60,971 nucleotides of DNA from an uncultured virus (IMG/VR IMGVR_UViG_3300038423_000674) (IMGVR_UViG_3300038423_000674), one strand, 5' to 3'. Shown: positions 28,135-36,315, counted from the stretch's first letter. Translations and numbers: made by a program. The notes: a model not told the origin generated them from the letters alone.

Positions 28135-28518
28135 CTACGCCCGTGCCTCGAAGTTCGGGGACGACAGGAAGCAGCGGGCGACGAACTCGTGGGTCACCCT
28201 GAACTTGCCGTCCTTCCCGAACTGGACGAACTGGTTCTCCTCGTCCTGCAGCCATTCGAGGGTGCCGGGCTGGGCATGCCGCAGGCCGTTGAAGGTGTAA
28301 TCCTCATGCCCCTCGGGCTTGTTGGCCAGGTAGAACCTGTTGAGCTGTTTGAACGTGAACGGGAACCACCCGACACGCTCCTGGCAGAAAGCGACGATGT
28401 AGTTGGCCGAGACCTCCGTCTCGCTGTTCCCGAACGCATCCCAGAAATGGGTCGATGCGTCGATGTCCGAGGGCCGGATCGGGTACGCTGCGTCCTTTTC
28501 GTCCAAGACGTGCTTCAT
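28135..28518 (-). CDS. Hypothetical protein
   Basis: ATGA-coupled ORF. Confidence 0.6.
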   Translation of the reverse strand: MKHVLDEKDAAYPIRPSDIDASTHFWDAFGNSETEVSANYIVAFCQERVGWFPFTFKQLNRFYLANKPEGHEDYTFNGLRHAQPGTLEWLQDEENQFVQFGKDGKFRVTHEFVARCFLSSPNFEARA

Positions 28519-28971
28519 GGGCTTCCTTCCTTTCTGACAAGCTGCCCGATGATGTCGAAATGCGAGTCGGGATAGCTCCTCAGGTCGTTGATCGCCTTCC
28601 AGCAGTAGGCACGCTGCCTGCCGGACCATCCCAGCCAGCTTACCTGCACCCATGCCGCCACCGTCCAGCGGTCCCGGAGGGCGACGTAGTACAGGCCGGG
28701 CTTCCGCACGGTCTCCCTGGACAGGCCGTGGTCCTTCGCAAAGCCGTCGTCGAGCCTTTTCAATGCATCCTTGAGCCTTCCCATAATGTCTCCGTTCGCC
28801 AAGCCCGGAGTCTCGCCCCCTTCGATCCTGCGGGGTCCTTGCCTCCCTTGCTCCGAGTCTCGTGGCCCGCCTTAGATGCCTTCAACAGTAGTATACATCG
28901 GCGGGAGGGCAAATCACAGGGATTTTTTGTGCCAGCGTGGTAGGGGCCTACCACAAGTGTGGTGGGCGGGC

Positions 28972-29373
28972 CTACGGGATGTCGAGGTCGGACGGGGAGC
29001 CCCCGATGCCGCTGGCGTCCATGTCGAGGGGGCTGGGGGTGCCGTCGAGGAAAGACGTCAGCGCCGCAAAAAACCGCGCCAGCTTGACGTCCCCCTCACG
29101 GGCAAATATCTCTTTTGGCGTGCGGATCGTATTGGGCAGGTCGCCCTTTCCCGCAAGCTTCCACCCCTTGAGCGAGGGATCGTACGGAGTCAGGTCTATC
29201 CACCATCCCTGCCAATGGTCGGATTTTAGTGTTCTTATGCCTAGTGCGGGCAAGGCCTTGTCCCAAAGCGCTTCGGGGGGATTGTGAATACGAATGTGAT
29301 GTTCAAGCCCTCGATCCTCCTCCCAACCTTTGGTGGGCCATTTCTTTGGGTCGAAGATGATGCGCTCTTTCAC
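28972..29373 (-). CDS. Hypothetical protein
   Basis: GTGA-coupled to the upstream gene; lower GC. Confidence 0.55.
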   Translation of the reverse strand: MKERIIFDPKKWPTKGWEEDRGLEHHIRIHNPPEALWDKALPALGIRTLKSDHWQGWWIDLTPYDPSLKGWKLAGKGDLPNTIRTPKEIFAREGDVKLARFFAALTSFLDGTPSPLDMDASGIGGSPSDLDIP

Positions 29374-29765
29374 CTTTTGAACCCTTCCTTGACAAGGGCT
29401 AGGGCTACACGGCTGGAAATGGGAAGGCTGAAACAGCCCTTCGGCTTTTCGACGTAACCAAGTTTCACGAGCTCTTTGTCGGTCAGTTCTCGACCCCTGG
29501 CCTTGGCGGCTGCTTCGGCGGCGTCAACCGCCGCAATCATCTTTTTCGCCGCCACCACCTGCTTGGCAATCTTCGTTGTTGGCTTCGTCTCGGGAAACGC
29601 CGGAAGCTCGACGAACCCAAGCTCCTCAAGCATCTCCTCGTCGGTGGGATGACGACCCTCGGCGGCGGCTTTTGCTTTGAAAGCGGCGAAAAGAGCGTCG
29701 TGGTCGGCATAGACCCCCTTCGCTTCCATCGCCCGCTTCGCGGTCTTTGCGATCCGTTTTGCCAT
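29370..29765 (-). CDS. Hypothetical protein with an internal duplication
   Basis: AKAAAEGRHPTDEEMLEELGFVE / AAAKARGRELTDKELVKLGYVE; own TATAAT box upstream. Confidence 0.6.
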   Translation of the reverse strand: MAKRIAKTAKRAMEAKGVYADHDALFAAFKAKAAAEGRHPTDEEMLEELGFVELPAFPETKPTTKIAKQVVAAKKMIAAVDAAEAAAKARGRELTDKELVKLGYVEKPKGCFSLPISSRVALALVKEGFKR

Positions 29766-29831
29766 GGTGTCTTTTTCCCTCCACCTACATTATACACCGT
29801 AAAGCTAGGGTTTTTCAGGGATTTTAAGGCT

Positions 29832-29905
29832 TGGTTCCGGGAGGAGGAATCGAACCTCCATAGCGAGTTTCAAGGGCTCGCGGCCTACCATTAGCCGACC
29901 CCGGA
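29832..29905 (-). tRNA. tRNA-Gln(TTG), atypical (C33, C31:A39 mismatch)
   Basis: TCCGGGG/TCCCGGA acceptor, GGAGG-TTCGATT-CCTCC T arm, loop CCTTGAA, encoded CCA. Confidence 0.8.
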
Positions 29906-29962
29906 ATGACCACGATGATGGACGCAATGCCTGATAGCGTCCACCATCATGAACGTTAAGCC

Positions 29963-30050
29963 TGGAGCTGGCGGAGGGAGTCGAACCCCCGTGGGGCCGT
30001 GGCCCTTCCGCTTACAAGGCGGATGCGGTCGACCGCTGCGCCACGCCAGC
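29963..30050 (-). tRNA. tRNA-Thr(TGT) with a long variable arm
   Basis: GCTGGCG/CGCCAGC; TCCGC-CTTGTAA-GCGGA; 16-nt variable region; TTCGA; CCA. Confidence 0.85.
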
Positions 30051-30055
30051 AAAGC

Positions 30056-30129
30056 TGGAGCTGCCTGGGAGAATCGGACTCCCGTGACTAGCTTACCAAG
30101 CTAACGCACTGCCACTGTGCTAAGGCAGC
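30056..30129 (-). tRNA. tRNA-Thr(GGT)
   Basis: GCTGCCT/AGGCAGC; TTAGC-TTGGTAA-GCTAG; T loop TCCGATT; CCA. Confidence 0.85.
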
Positions 30130-30224
30130 AAAAACTTATGTTCACACAGCATCAAAAACTTATGTCCACACAGCATCAAAAACTTGCGTTCGCACAGCAT
30201 AATAGGCTTGCGTTCGCACGAAAC
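30130..30224. repeat. About four degenerate 24-bp tandem repeats in a tRNA spacer
   Basis: AAAAACTTATGTTCACACAGCATC / AAAAACTTATGTCCACACAGCATC / AAAAACTTGCGTTCGCACAGCATA / ATAGGCTTGCGTTCGCACGAAAC. Confidence 0.9.
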
Positions 30225-30300
30225 TGGAGCTGGCGAGAGGGTTTGGGCCTCCGACCTCTGCATTACGGGTGCAGCGCTCTACCAACTGAGCTACGCCAGC
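30225..30300 (-). tRNA. tRNA-Thr(CGT) with C33 and a degenerate T loop
   Basis: GCTGGCG/CGCCAGC; CTGCA-CCCGTAA-TGCAG; T loop CCCAAAC; CCA. Confidence 0.75.
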
Positions 30301-30306
30301 AAATCC

Positions 30307-30381
30307 TGGTGGTTCCGTAGGGACTTAAACCCCAATCTCTCGCTAATCGGGCGAGGGTCCTGGTTATTGGACGACGGAACC
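30307..30381 (-). tRNA. Atypical tRNA or tRNA-like RNA, nominal anticodon GAT
   Basis: GGTTCCG/CGGAACC; GTCC/GGAC D stem with no GG in the loop; CTCGC-CCGATTA-GCGAG; T loop TTTAAGT; CCA. Confidence 0.6.
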
Positions 30382-30388
30382 ACGATCT

Positions 30389-30464
30389 TGGTTGGCGTGG
30401 TGGGAGTCGAACCCAACCGCCTCAGTCTTATCAGGACTGCGCTCCACCGACGAGCTGCACGCCA
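30389..30464 (-). tRNA. tRNA-Ile(GAT)
   Basis: TGGCGTG/CACGCCA; CAGTC-CTGATAA-GACTG; TTCGA; CCA. Confidence 0.85.
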
Positions 30465-30817
30465 AAAATCCTTCCCCATTCCTCCTTGACCTTCTTCTCG
30501 AACTCGTCCCACCATGCGTCCTCGCCCCCCGGTGCCATGGAGGCCGGGGCGACCTCTATGCGGAAGTCGTGCGCCCGGTAGTAGTCCCTCTCCCTCGGCA
30601 CCCTGCCGCAGTCTCGGACGATGTGGGCCACCGCCGCCCTGGCCGCCTCCCGCCCGAACAGCTCGTCGGCCTCGTCCACCCCCCGGGAATGGTGCCGGAA
30701 GCGCCGGTGGTCCGCCCCGTGCTTCCCGAACTCCTGGTCCATCCACTGGTGGACCGCCTCGTGCCCGTCCCCCAGGAGCCTCTCGCAGTCCCTGCAGTGC
30801 CGTTCCAGGTCGGCCAT
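30431..30817 (-). CDS. His-rich hypothetical protein (DUF6915-like)
   Basis: H...VHQWMD...HRRFRHH..G...HIVRDCG; the 3' end overlaps tRNA-Ile. Confidence 0.55.
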   Translation of the reverse strand: MADLERHCRDCERLLGDGHEAVHQWMDQEFGKHGADHRRFRHHSRGVDEADELFGREAARAAVAHIVRDCGRVPRERDYYRAHDFRIEVAPASMAPGGEDAWWDEFEKKVKEEWGRIFGVQLVGGAQS

Positions 30818-31059
30818 CAGAACGCCCTCACGGGATCGCATCCCTCCCACTTCTCGCCGGGGGGAATCTCCCGCATTTCGAGCACGGAGGACACCTCGTA
30901 CGTCCTCCCGCAGTACCCGCACTGGACGGCGTAGACGAACTCCCCGTCGATGTGGAACTGCTGCCCGCACACGCAATAGTAGTCGGCGCAGGAGCCCGTC
31001 CCCTTCCACTGGATGAATGCGCTCGGCCTCGGCAGGTCCCTCGTCGCCCAGTCGCTCAT
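30817..31059 (-). CDS. Zinc-ribbon protein
   Basis: FIQWKGT..C.D..CVCG...CGYC. Confidence 0.65.
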   Translation of the reverse strand: MSDWATRDLPRPSAFIQWKGTGSCADYYCVCGQQFHIDGEFVYAVQCGYCGRTYEVSSVLEMREIPPGEKWEGCDPVRAF

Positions 31060-31074
31060 GGTCCCCCCACAGAC

Positions 31075-31358
31075 ACGAAAGCCGCCGATTACCTCCGGCG
31101 GCCTTTGAACCTCGTTCCGGGATCGTCTATCCCGGGCGGGCTCCGCCGCCAGCCCTAGTTTGGGTCGTTGTCGTCCGAATTCGGAGAACGTGCGGCATGT
31201 GCATCCCTCGATCCTTGAAGGCGGGGACGGCCCGGACACATTAAGGACCGTCCCTACCTATTTGACGCGTCGGGCATCCTCCCCGGGCCAACGCCGCCCG
31301 CGTATCTGTTGCGGCCAGCGAAGTGGGCTCGGGTGGGGAAAGGGCTGGGCCCCTCCCC
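31075..31358 (-). ncRNA. Candidate structured ncRNA
   Basis: No convincing ORF; lies between a CGAGGTATTAT box and a terminator-like hairpin; several stems. Confidence 0.4.
31076..31105 (-). terminator. Terminator-like hairpin
   Basis: GGCCGCCG-GAGGTAAT-CGGCGGCT followed by TTCGTGTCT. Confidence 0.5.
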
Positions 31359-31408
31359 CATGTATAATACCTCGGAAAGTCGAAAAACTCGAAGGAATCT
31401 TCCGGACC

Positions 31409-32044
31409 TCACTCGCACCGGGGGGACTTGCGGAGCACCAGCCAGTAGCAGTGCCGCCTGCGGCTGTGGTGGGCCTTCTTCCACCTCGGGTCCACGATGG
31501 GCCCCCTGCGCACCTTGACGATGAGGTCGCACGGCGTGAACCCCGCCTTCCGCCCCTCCATGGCCAGGTCCATGTGCGCCCACTGGTAGCGATGGTTGTG
31601 GACGTAGTCCGACACCTTGCACAGCAGCACACCCTCGGGCCTCAGGACCCGGGACGCCTCGCGGAGGAACCCCGGGTAGGTGAAGGAAAACGAATAGCTA
31701 GTCTCCTTGCCCGACTTGGCCCCGAGCCCGAACCTGAAGCGGAAGTCCTTGCGGCTCTTGCCGGAACTGTGGTCGGGGGTATGGGGAGGGTCGTACACCA
31801 CCACGTCGAACGAGCCGTCCGCAAACGGCATCATGGAGTTGTCCCCCACGACCGTGGGGCGGAAGGACGGGTCCACGTCCATTCCCGTCACCTTCCGGGG
31901 GCTCCCCTTCCAGAACCTGCCCCGGTTGACGGTGGCGTCCAGGATGCCCTCGGGCGGTCGCCGGGGATAGAACAGGAGCATGAGCTCCAGGAGCTCGGCG
32001 TCGCTGCCCTCCCATACGGAGGAAAGAGGATGGTAGGAATCCAT
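31409..32044 (-). CDS. Amino-DNA methyltransferase (paralogue of 23804-24499)
   Basis: DATVNRGRFW, YDPPH, RVLRPEG, HSRRRHCYWLV. Confidence 0.75.
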   Translation of the reverse strand: MDSYHPLSSVWEGSDAELLELMLLFYPRRPPEGILDATVNRGRFWKGSPRKVTGMDVDPSFRPTVVGDNSMMPFADGSFDVVVYDPPHTPDHSSGKSRKDFRFRFGLGAKSGKETSYSFSFTYPGFLREASRVLRPEGVLLCKVSDYVHNHRYQWAHMDLAMEGRKAGFTPCDLIVKVRRGPIVDPRWKKAHHSRRRHCYWLVLRKSPRCE

Positions 32045-32048
32045 GCGG

Positions 32049-32696
32049 TCAGTTCAGCCATTCCTTCTTTTCTCTTTTTTCGATGCCGATCACCTTCCCG
32101 TCCCACGTTATCGCCACGCCTTCGTCCCATTGTTTCCGCCTGCGCTCGGCGTAGCTGGGGAATGTGCCCGGCTCCCCCGCCTTCGGCGGCACGACCCTCG
32201 GCAGGGGGTCCCTGTAGCTCAGGTTGCGGTCGAAGAAGTCCTCGGCGAGCTCCGAGAACCCCACGTCGTCGATTTCCTCACTGATGTCCGGGAAGGAGGC
32301 GTGCGCCAGCTCCCTGGCCCATTCCAGGAACAGGCCGAGCTCGGCCTCGCGGTGGACGCCCCTGTTCTCCTGCCGCAGCCTCTCGTCGGCCTCCCTGTAC
32401 CTCGTCGCCCTCGGCTCGGTGAGGCCGGAGTAGTCTATCGGGGCCTCGGGATTCTCCAGGAGCACGTCGTCCTCCGACAGGGTGTGGATGACGACCTTGT
32501 CCCCGCTCTCCACGTACCGGACGCCCGTGACGTTGTAGCCGTCGATGGACTTGTCCCGCACCAGGAGCCGCAGGCAGCCGTCGTGGTAGGCGGGCTCCCT
32601 GGAGACGAAGAAGATGTCGTCGTTCCCGACGCACACCTCCGTCTCGCCGGACGGGTCCGATTGCCTGATCAGCCTTATGACTTCCTTGGATTTCAT
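32049..32696 (-). CDS. Hypothetical protein
   Basis: MKSKEVIRLIRQSDPSGETEVCV...EPAYHDG. Confidence 0.65.
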   Translation of the reverse strand: MKSKEVIRLIRQSDPSGETEVCVGNDDIFFVSREPAYHDGCLRLLVRDKSIDGYNVTGVRYVESGDKVVIHTLSEDDVLLENPEAPIDYSGLTEPRATRYREADERLRQENRGVHREAELGLFLEWARELAHASFPDISEEIDDVGFSELAEDFFDRNLSYRDPLPRVVPPKAGEPGTFPSYAERRRKQWDEGVAITWDGKVIGIEKREKKEWLN

Positions 32697-33001
32697 GTGT
32701 GCATCCCCACCAGGAACGCCCCGCCGTCCGCAAGTTCGATGCGGGCTACGGAGCAGAATTTGAAGGGCCCGTCGCCCTCCGCCATGGACATCCAGGAGTC
32801 CGCCAGGTCGGGGGGCACCAGGGCCACCCAGTCGCCCTCTCTTCCCCCGACCACATCCCTCACCGCCCCGGGGGCGTCCCGGAGCCTCCATAGCAGGACG
32901 GGGGGCACGTACCCCCCGTGCGCCGAGCCGTAGAGATGCGACCAGCTAGGCCTTCCTTCCTCGTCGTCCATGAAGGGGAATACCAGGAATTTCAGGAAAC
33001 T

Positions 33002-33298
33002 TCATTCTTTCCAGCAGGGGTTGAGCTGGGGCGTCTCGGTGGCGATGTCCTCGATTTCCTTGGGGGTCACCTCGTTCCTCGGGTCGTCGATGAAGGTCAG
33101 GAGGCCCTTGGGGGTGCCCGTGCCGCTGTTCTCGTCCGCCGCCCATCGCGTGTACTTGCTGCGGATGATCGCCTCTATCTGGCGGTCGTCGTACCCTCGC
33201 CTGCGCAGGGCGAGGATGCAGCCCTCCCACCCGCCATATGCGTCGGTGGAGTACGCGTCGCTCAGTTCCTCGGCGAATTCCTTGACCGGCTTCTGCAT
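33002..33298 (-). CDS. Hypothetical protein
   Basis: CGAGGTATAAT box and GGAGG upstream. Confidence 0.6.
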   Translation of the reverse strand: MQKPVKEFAEELSDAYSTDAYGGWEGCILALRRRGYDDRQIEAIIRSKYTRWAADENSGTGTPKGLLTFIDDPRNEVTPKEIEDIATETPQLNPCWKE

Positions 33299-33318
33299 GG
33301 CTTGTCCCTCCACGGTCA

Positions 33319-33972
33319 TTATACCTCGCTTTGCCGAGGATTCGGGGGGATGTTCGGACTAGCCTCCCGCCTTCTGTACTCCCTGCATTCAGGGTGGTCG
33401 GAGCATTCCCCGTACTCGACGCCGCCGCCCTCGCTCACCCTCTTGCGGTGCTTGCCCTGGTCGCATCCGCACTCGCACCTGTACCTCTCGTCGACCTCGG
33501 CTATCGCCTTCCTGGCCATGTCGTCCTGGGGCACGACGTCCACCCCCTGGCACACGAACCTGCCGATGGGGGTGGCGAACACGTCGCCCTCCTTCAGGCT
33601 GTCGTTGACCTGAAACTCGGCGTACAACGCCCTGTACAGCTCCTCGGCCAGGTCCAGGTTCTTGGCCTCAAGGGGAACGTCGAGCCATGCGTCGGGCGTC
33701 TTGACGGTCGGGGGGCCTCCTTCTTCCTCGTTGACTTCCTCCCCCTGGAGGCCGATGACGTACCAGAAGCCGTCCTCCTTCTTCCTGACCGGGTATTCCC
33801 TGGGGGCCGAGGCGGCGGCCTTTGCATGCAGCGGAGGGGCGGGCGGCCTGGGCGGCTCGGGAGGCTTCGGCGGCTCCGAGGGATTGCCCCTGGCCCCATA
33901 GTCCGGCCTGCGCCGGAGGCCGGGCGCTGCCTTCTTCAGGAAGGCGGACTCGAACGTGCTGGCTTTGGACAT
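33319..33972 (-). CDS. Hypothetical protein with FESAFLKKA leader and C-terminal Zn finger (candidate internal virion protein)
   Basis: Leader motif, Pro-rich linker, CECG...H...C...C. Confidence 0.6.
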   Translation of the reverse strand: MSKASTFESAFLKKAAPGLRRRPDYGARGNPSEPPKPPEPPRPPAPPLHAKAAASAPREYPVRKKEDGFWYVIGLQGEEVNEEEGGPPTVKTPDAWLDVPLEAKNLDLAEELYRALYAEFQVNDSLKEGDVFATPIGRFVCQGVDVVPQDDMARKAIAEVDERYRCECGCDQGKHRKRVSEGGGVEYGECSDHPECREYRRREASPNIPPNPRQSEV

Positions 33973-34046
33973 GGCATTCCCCCACTAAAGAAACGAAAAT
34001 ACGGAATGTTCGGGCGATGCGAGGTATAATGTAGGCGGAGGACGCC

Positions 34047-34307
34047 ATGGGACGGATGAACAGGGAAACCGAGAGGCTGCTGCCGGTGCTCCACGCCCTG
34101 CTGGCCGGATGGGATCCCCGGGAGGGAAACCGGCGGGCACGGAGGCACTTCTACTACGACGGGCCCGCTGGGGTATGCACGTTCGAGGTGCACTGGCATT
34201 GCGGGGAGCCCAGCTACACGGTGGGGAACCAGGGGACCACCAGCGAAACGAGGACCATCGAATGGCTGGAGGAGGCCGTCACGGGAAGGCCATGGACGAA
34301 AGAATGA
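34047..34307 (+). CDS. Hypothetical protein
   Basis: CGAGGTATAAT at 34020-34030 and GGAGG RBS. Confidence 0.55.
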   Translation: MGRMNRETERLLPVLHALLAGWDPREGNRRARRHFYYDGPAGVCTFEVHWHCGEPSYTVGNQGTTSETRTIEWLEEAVTGRPWTKE

Positions 34308-34449
34308 GCAAGGACGCACGGCTGGAGCCCCCCGTGAGGTGCCTCAGGTACGGGTGGGTCGGCAAGCGCTACCCGGTGCCGACCTACACGGGCCCGGGCT
34401 GCCCCATGTGCGGGGGCCAATTGGAGCATGCAGAAGAAACGGGCGGACC

Positions 34450-34914
34450 TCAGGACGGAAAGGAACAGGGCAGGCCCTCGGCGTAGTTCCGGTAATAGTC
34501 CTGCTGCGGCCTCCATTCCCAGAACCCCAGCATCCCCCTGGCGGGGATGGGCTCGATGAACTCCGGGTCCAGGAGCTGGTAGCAGAACCTCCCGTCCCGG
34601 TAGTCCCCGAACGCCAGCTCCTGTTTGGACAACTGGTCGCGGACCTCCTCCACCGGGCGGCAGGAAGCGAACGTCACGAACCCTATGACGTGCCCGAGGG
34701 CGAACTGGTCTGGCTCTATGTCGTGCCTGGCCAGGGCCTCGATAAAGGGGCTGGTTTCGCACAGGGCGAGCGCCTTCCTGGGGAATCCCTTGGACGCGTG
34801 GATGGCGACCCGCGCCCCCACTATCCTCCTGTTCGGGCGGGATCGGGTCTCCCACTTCTTTTCCTCCCACACCACCAGCGACGCCCACGGCTCGGTAAGG
34901 GTGAATGCCTTCAT
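34450..34914 (-). CDS. ASCH domain protein
   Basis: AFTLTEPWASLV...KKWETRS...IHAS...PIPARGMLGFW. Confidence 0.85.
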   Translation of the reverse strand: MKAFTLTEPWASLVVWEEKKWETRSRPNRRIVGARVAIHASKGFPRKALALCETSPFIEALARHDIEPDQFALGHVIGFVTFASCRPVEEVRDQLSKQELAFGDYRDGRFCYQLLDPEFIEPIPARGMLGFWEWRPQQDYYRNYAEGLPCSFPS

Positions 34915-35276
34915 TGGGTCCCCCTCTGGCTCGAATTCAGGGCTATCAGGAGGTTGGAGAACGACTTGTGCGGGGTGGGGGGCACCATCTTCCAGTTGAC
35001 CAGGTGGAACGGCTTGCGGAGGGCGAACGCCATGCCGAGGTCGAACAGGCTCCCCTGGCTCGCCGGGTTCCACCAGACGTCCACCCGGTCGGCCCGCTCC
35101 ATCCCCTCCCTGTTGCTTGAGCATATGTCCAGGCCGCAGGGGTCGGACTGGTCCGTGTCCCTCGCCGGCCAATAGACCTCGTGGCCCTCCTCCTCCATCA
35201 GGGAAACGTATTCGGCTACGAACTTCGTTTCCTCCTTCGTAGCCTCGCGGACGGGGCAAATCAAGAACACCTTCAT
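34911..35276 (-). CDS. Nucleoside 2-deoxyribosyltransferase-like protein
   Basis: VFLICP...GHEVYWP...AD...SQGSLFDLGMAFALRKP. Confidence 0.7.
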   Translation of the reverse strand: MKVFLICPVREATKEETKFVAEYVSLMEEEGHEVYWPARDTDQSDPCGLDICSSNREGMERADRVDVWWNPASQGSLFDLGMAFALRKPFHLVNWKMVPPTPHKSFSNLLIALNSSQRGTQ

Positions 35277-35491
35277 GTTTCTTTCCTCCATTTGACCAGG
35301 TTCCTGAGGGCCAGGACGGCGAACACGGCGCAGATGAAGGCCAGCGACCAGAGGCGGTGCTGGAAGGAATAGAGCACCCACACCGACTCCCCGACCAGGG
35401 AAAATGCGAAGGCCCACCATTTCCTGGCCCCCATGTACCACAGGCCGAGGCAGATCAGGGCGTTCCCCGCCCAGTCGAACGGCACCGTCAT
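35273..35491 (-). CDS. Three-TM semi-PnuC/SemiSWEET-like membrane protein
   Basis: 72 aa, three TMs, Trp-rich, ends NLVKW. Confidence 0.5.
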   Translation of the reverse strand: MTVPFDWAGNALICLGLWYMGARKWWAFAFSLVGESVWVLYSFQHRLWSLAFICAVFAVLALRNLVKWRKET

Positions 35492-35512
35492 CCCTTTCCT
35501 CCTTGCGCCCCC

Positions 35513-36283
35513 TCAGAAATTGAAGAACAGGACCTCCGCCTTGGGCTTCGCCGTAGTGTCGTGCGCCCCGGTCCTCGCCCTGCCGACCGTGTCCTTCCTC
35601 TCGGATCGCCATCCCGGATAATGGACGGCCGCCTCGGGGTACTCCGACACCACCACCCTGGCCTTGGCCTCGCGGAGGGCCTCTACGAGCCTCCCGTAGT
35701 CCACGGAGAACCTGTACTCGCCCTCGTGCCCGGAATACGGCGGATCGACGTAGACGAGGGCGTCCTCCTGCATGTAGACCCTCTTGAGGGCGTCGACCCC
35801 GTCCTCGTTGAGGATTTCGACGCTGCGAAGCCTGGCTGCGGCCGGCAAGACCCGGAGGAACCAGTCCGCCCATACCTCGGGCTTGGGCTTGTGCGGCACC
35901 CCCGACTTCTCCAGCGCCCACGTGCTGGTATTGCCGTTCCCGCAGTAGAACTGCGTTCCCTGGGCCATGAGCAGCCTGGCGTCCTCCAGGGCGTCATCGC
36001 CGCATGCGGCGTCGCGCCAGTTGTCCTTGGAATAGGGCGTCGCCCACAGGAGGGCGGCAAGCTGCTCGGGGTTCTCCCTCGCCTGCCTGAACATGCCGAC
36101 GATGCGCCCGTCGAGGTCGTTGGCGATCTCGATGAACGACCTGGGCTTGGCGAACAGGACGGCGCACGAGCCGCAGAACGGCTCCATGTAGACCCTGTGG
36201 GGAGGAAAATGCGAGACTATCCACCTGGCGATGGAGGACTTCCCGCCGTACTGCTTGTACAGGATTTTCGGGGTGCCGCCCAT
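35513..36283 (-). CDS. Dam-like (D12 class) DNA adenine methyltransferase
   Basis: YGGK, EPFCGS, ANDLD, YVDPPY. Confidence 0.9.
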   Translation of the reverse strand: MGGTPKILYKQYGGKSSIARWIVSHFPPHRVYMEPFCGSCAVLFAKPRSFIEIANDLDGRIVGMFRQARENPEQLAALLWATPYSKDNWRDAACGDDALEDARLLMAQGTQFYCGNGNTSTWALEKSGVPHKPKPEVWADWFLRVLPAAARLRSVEILNEDGVDALKRVYMQEDALVYVDPPYSGHEGEYRFSVDYGRLVEALREAKARVVVSEYPEAAVHYPGWRSERKDTVGRARTGAHDTTAKPKAEVLFFNF

Positions 36284-36315
36284 GCAGCATCAATACCGAT
36301 GGAATGCCGCTTTTT

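Noticed and set aside
29914..29950. Hairpin between tRNA-Thr and tRNA-Gln as a separate RNA gene
   Set aside because: A single stem-loop, most simply a spacer or processing structure.
29963..30050. tRNA-Tyr(GTA), which would explain the long arm
   Set aside because: The perfect 5-bp stem centres TGT in the 7-nt loop; GTA would be off register.
30130..30224. Possible CRISPR mini-array
   Set aside because: Units are directly adjacent with no unique spacers, and no cas genes are in the window.
31075..31358. tmRNA, suggested by an LGLAA reading
   Set aside because: LAA is not followed by a stop, and there is no tRNA-Ala-like acceptor or T arm.
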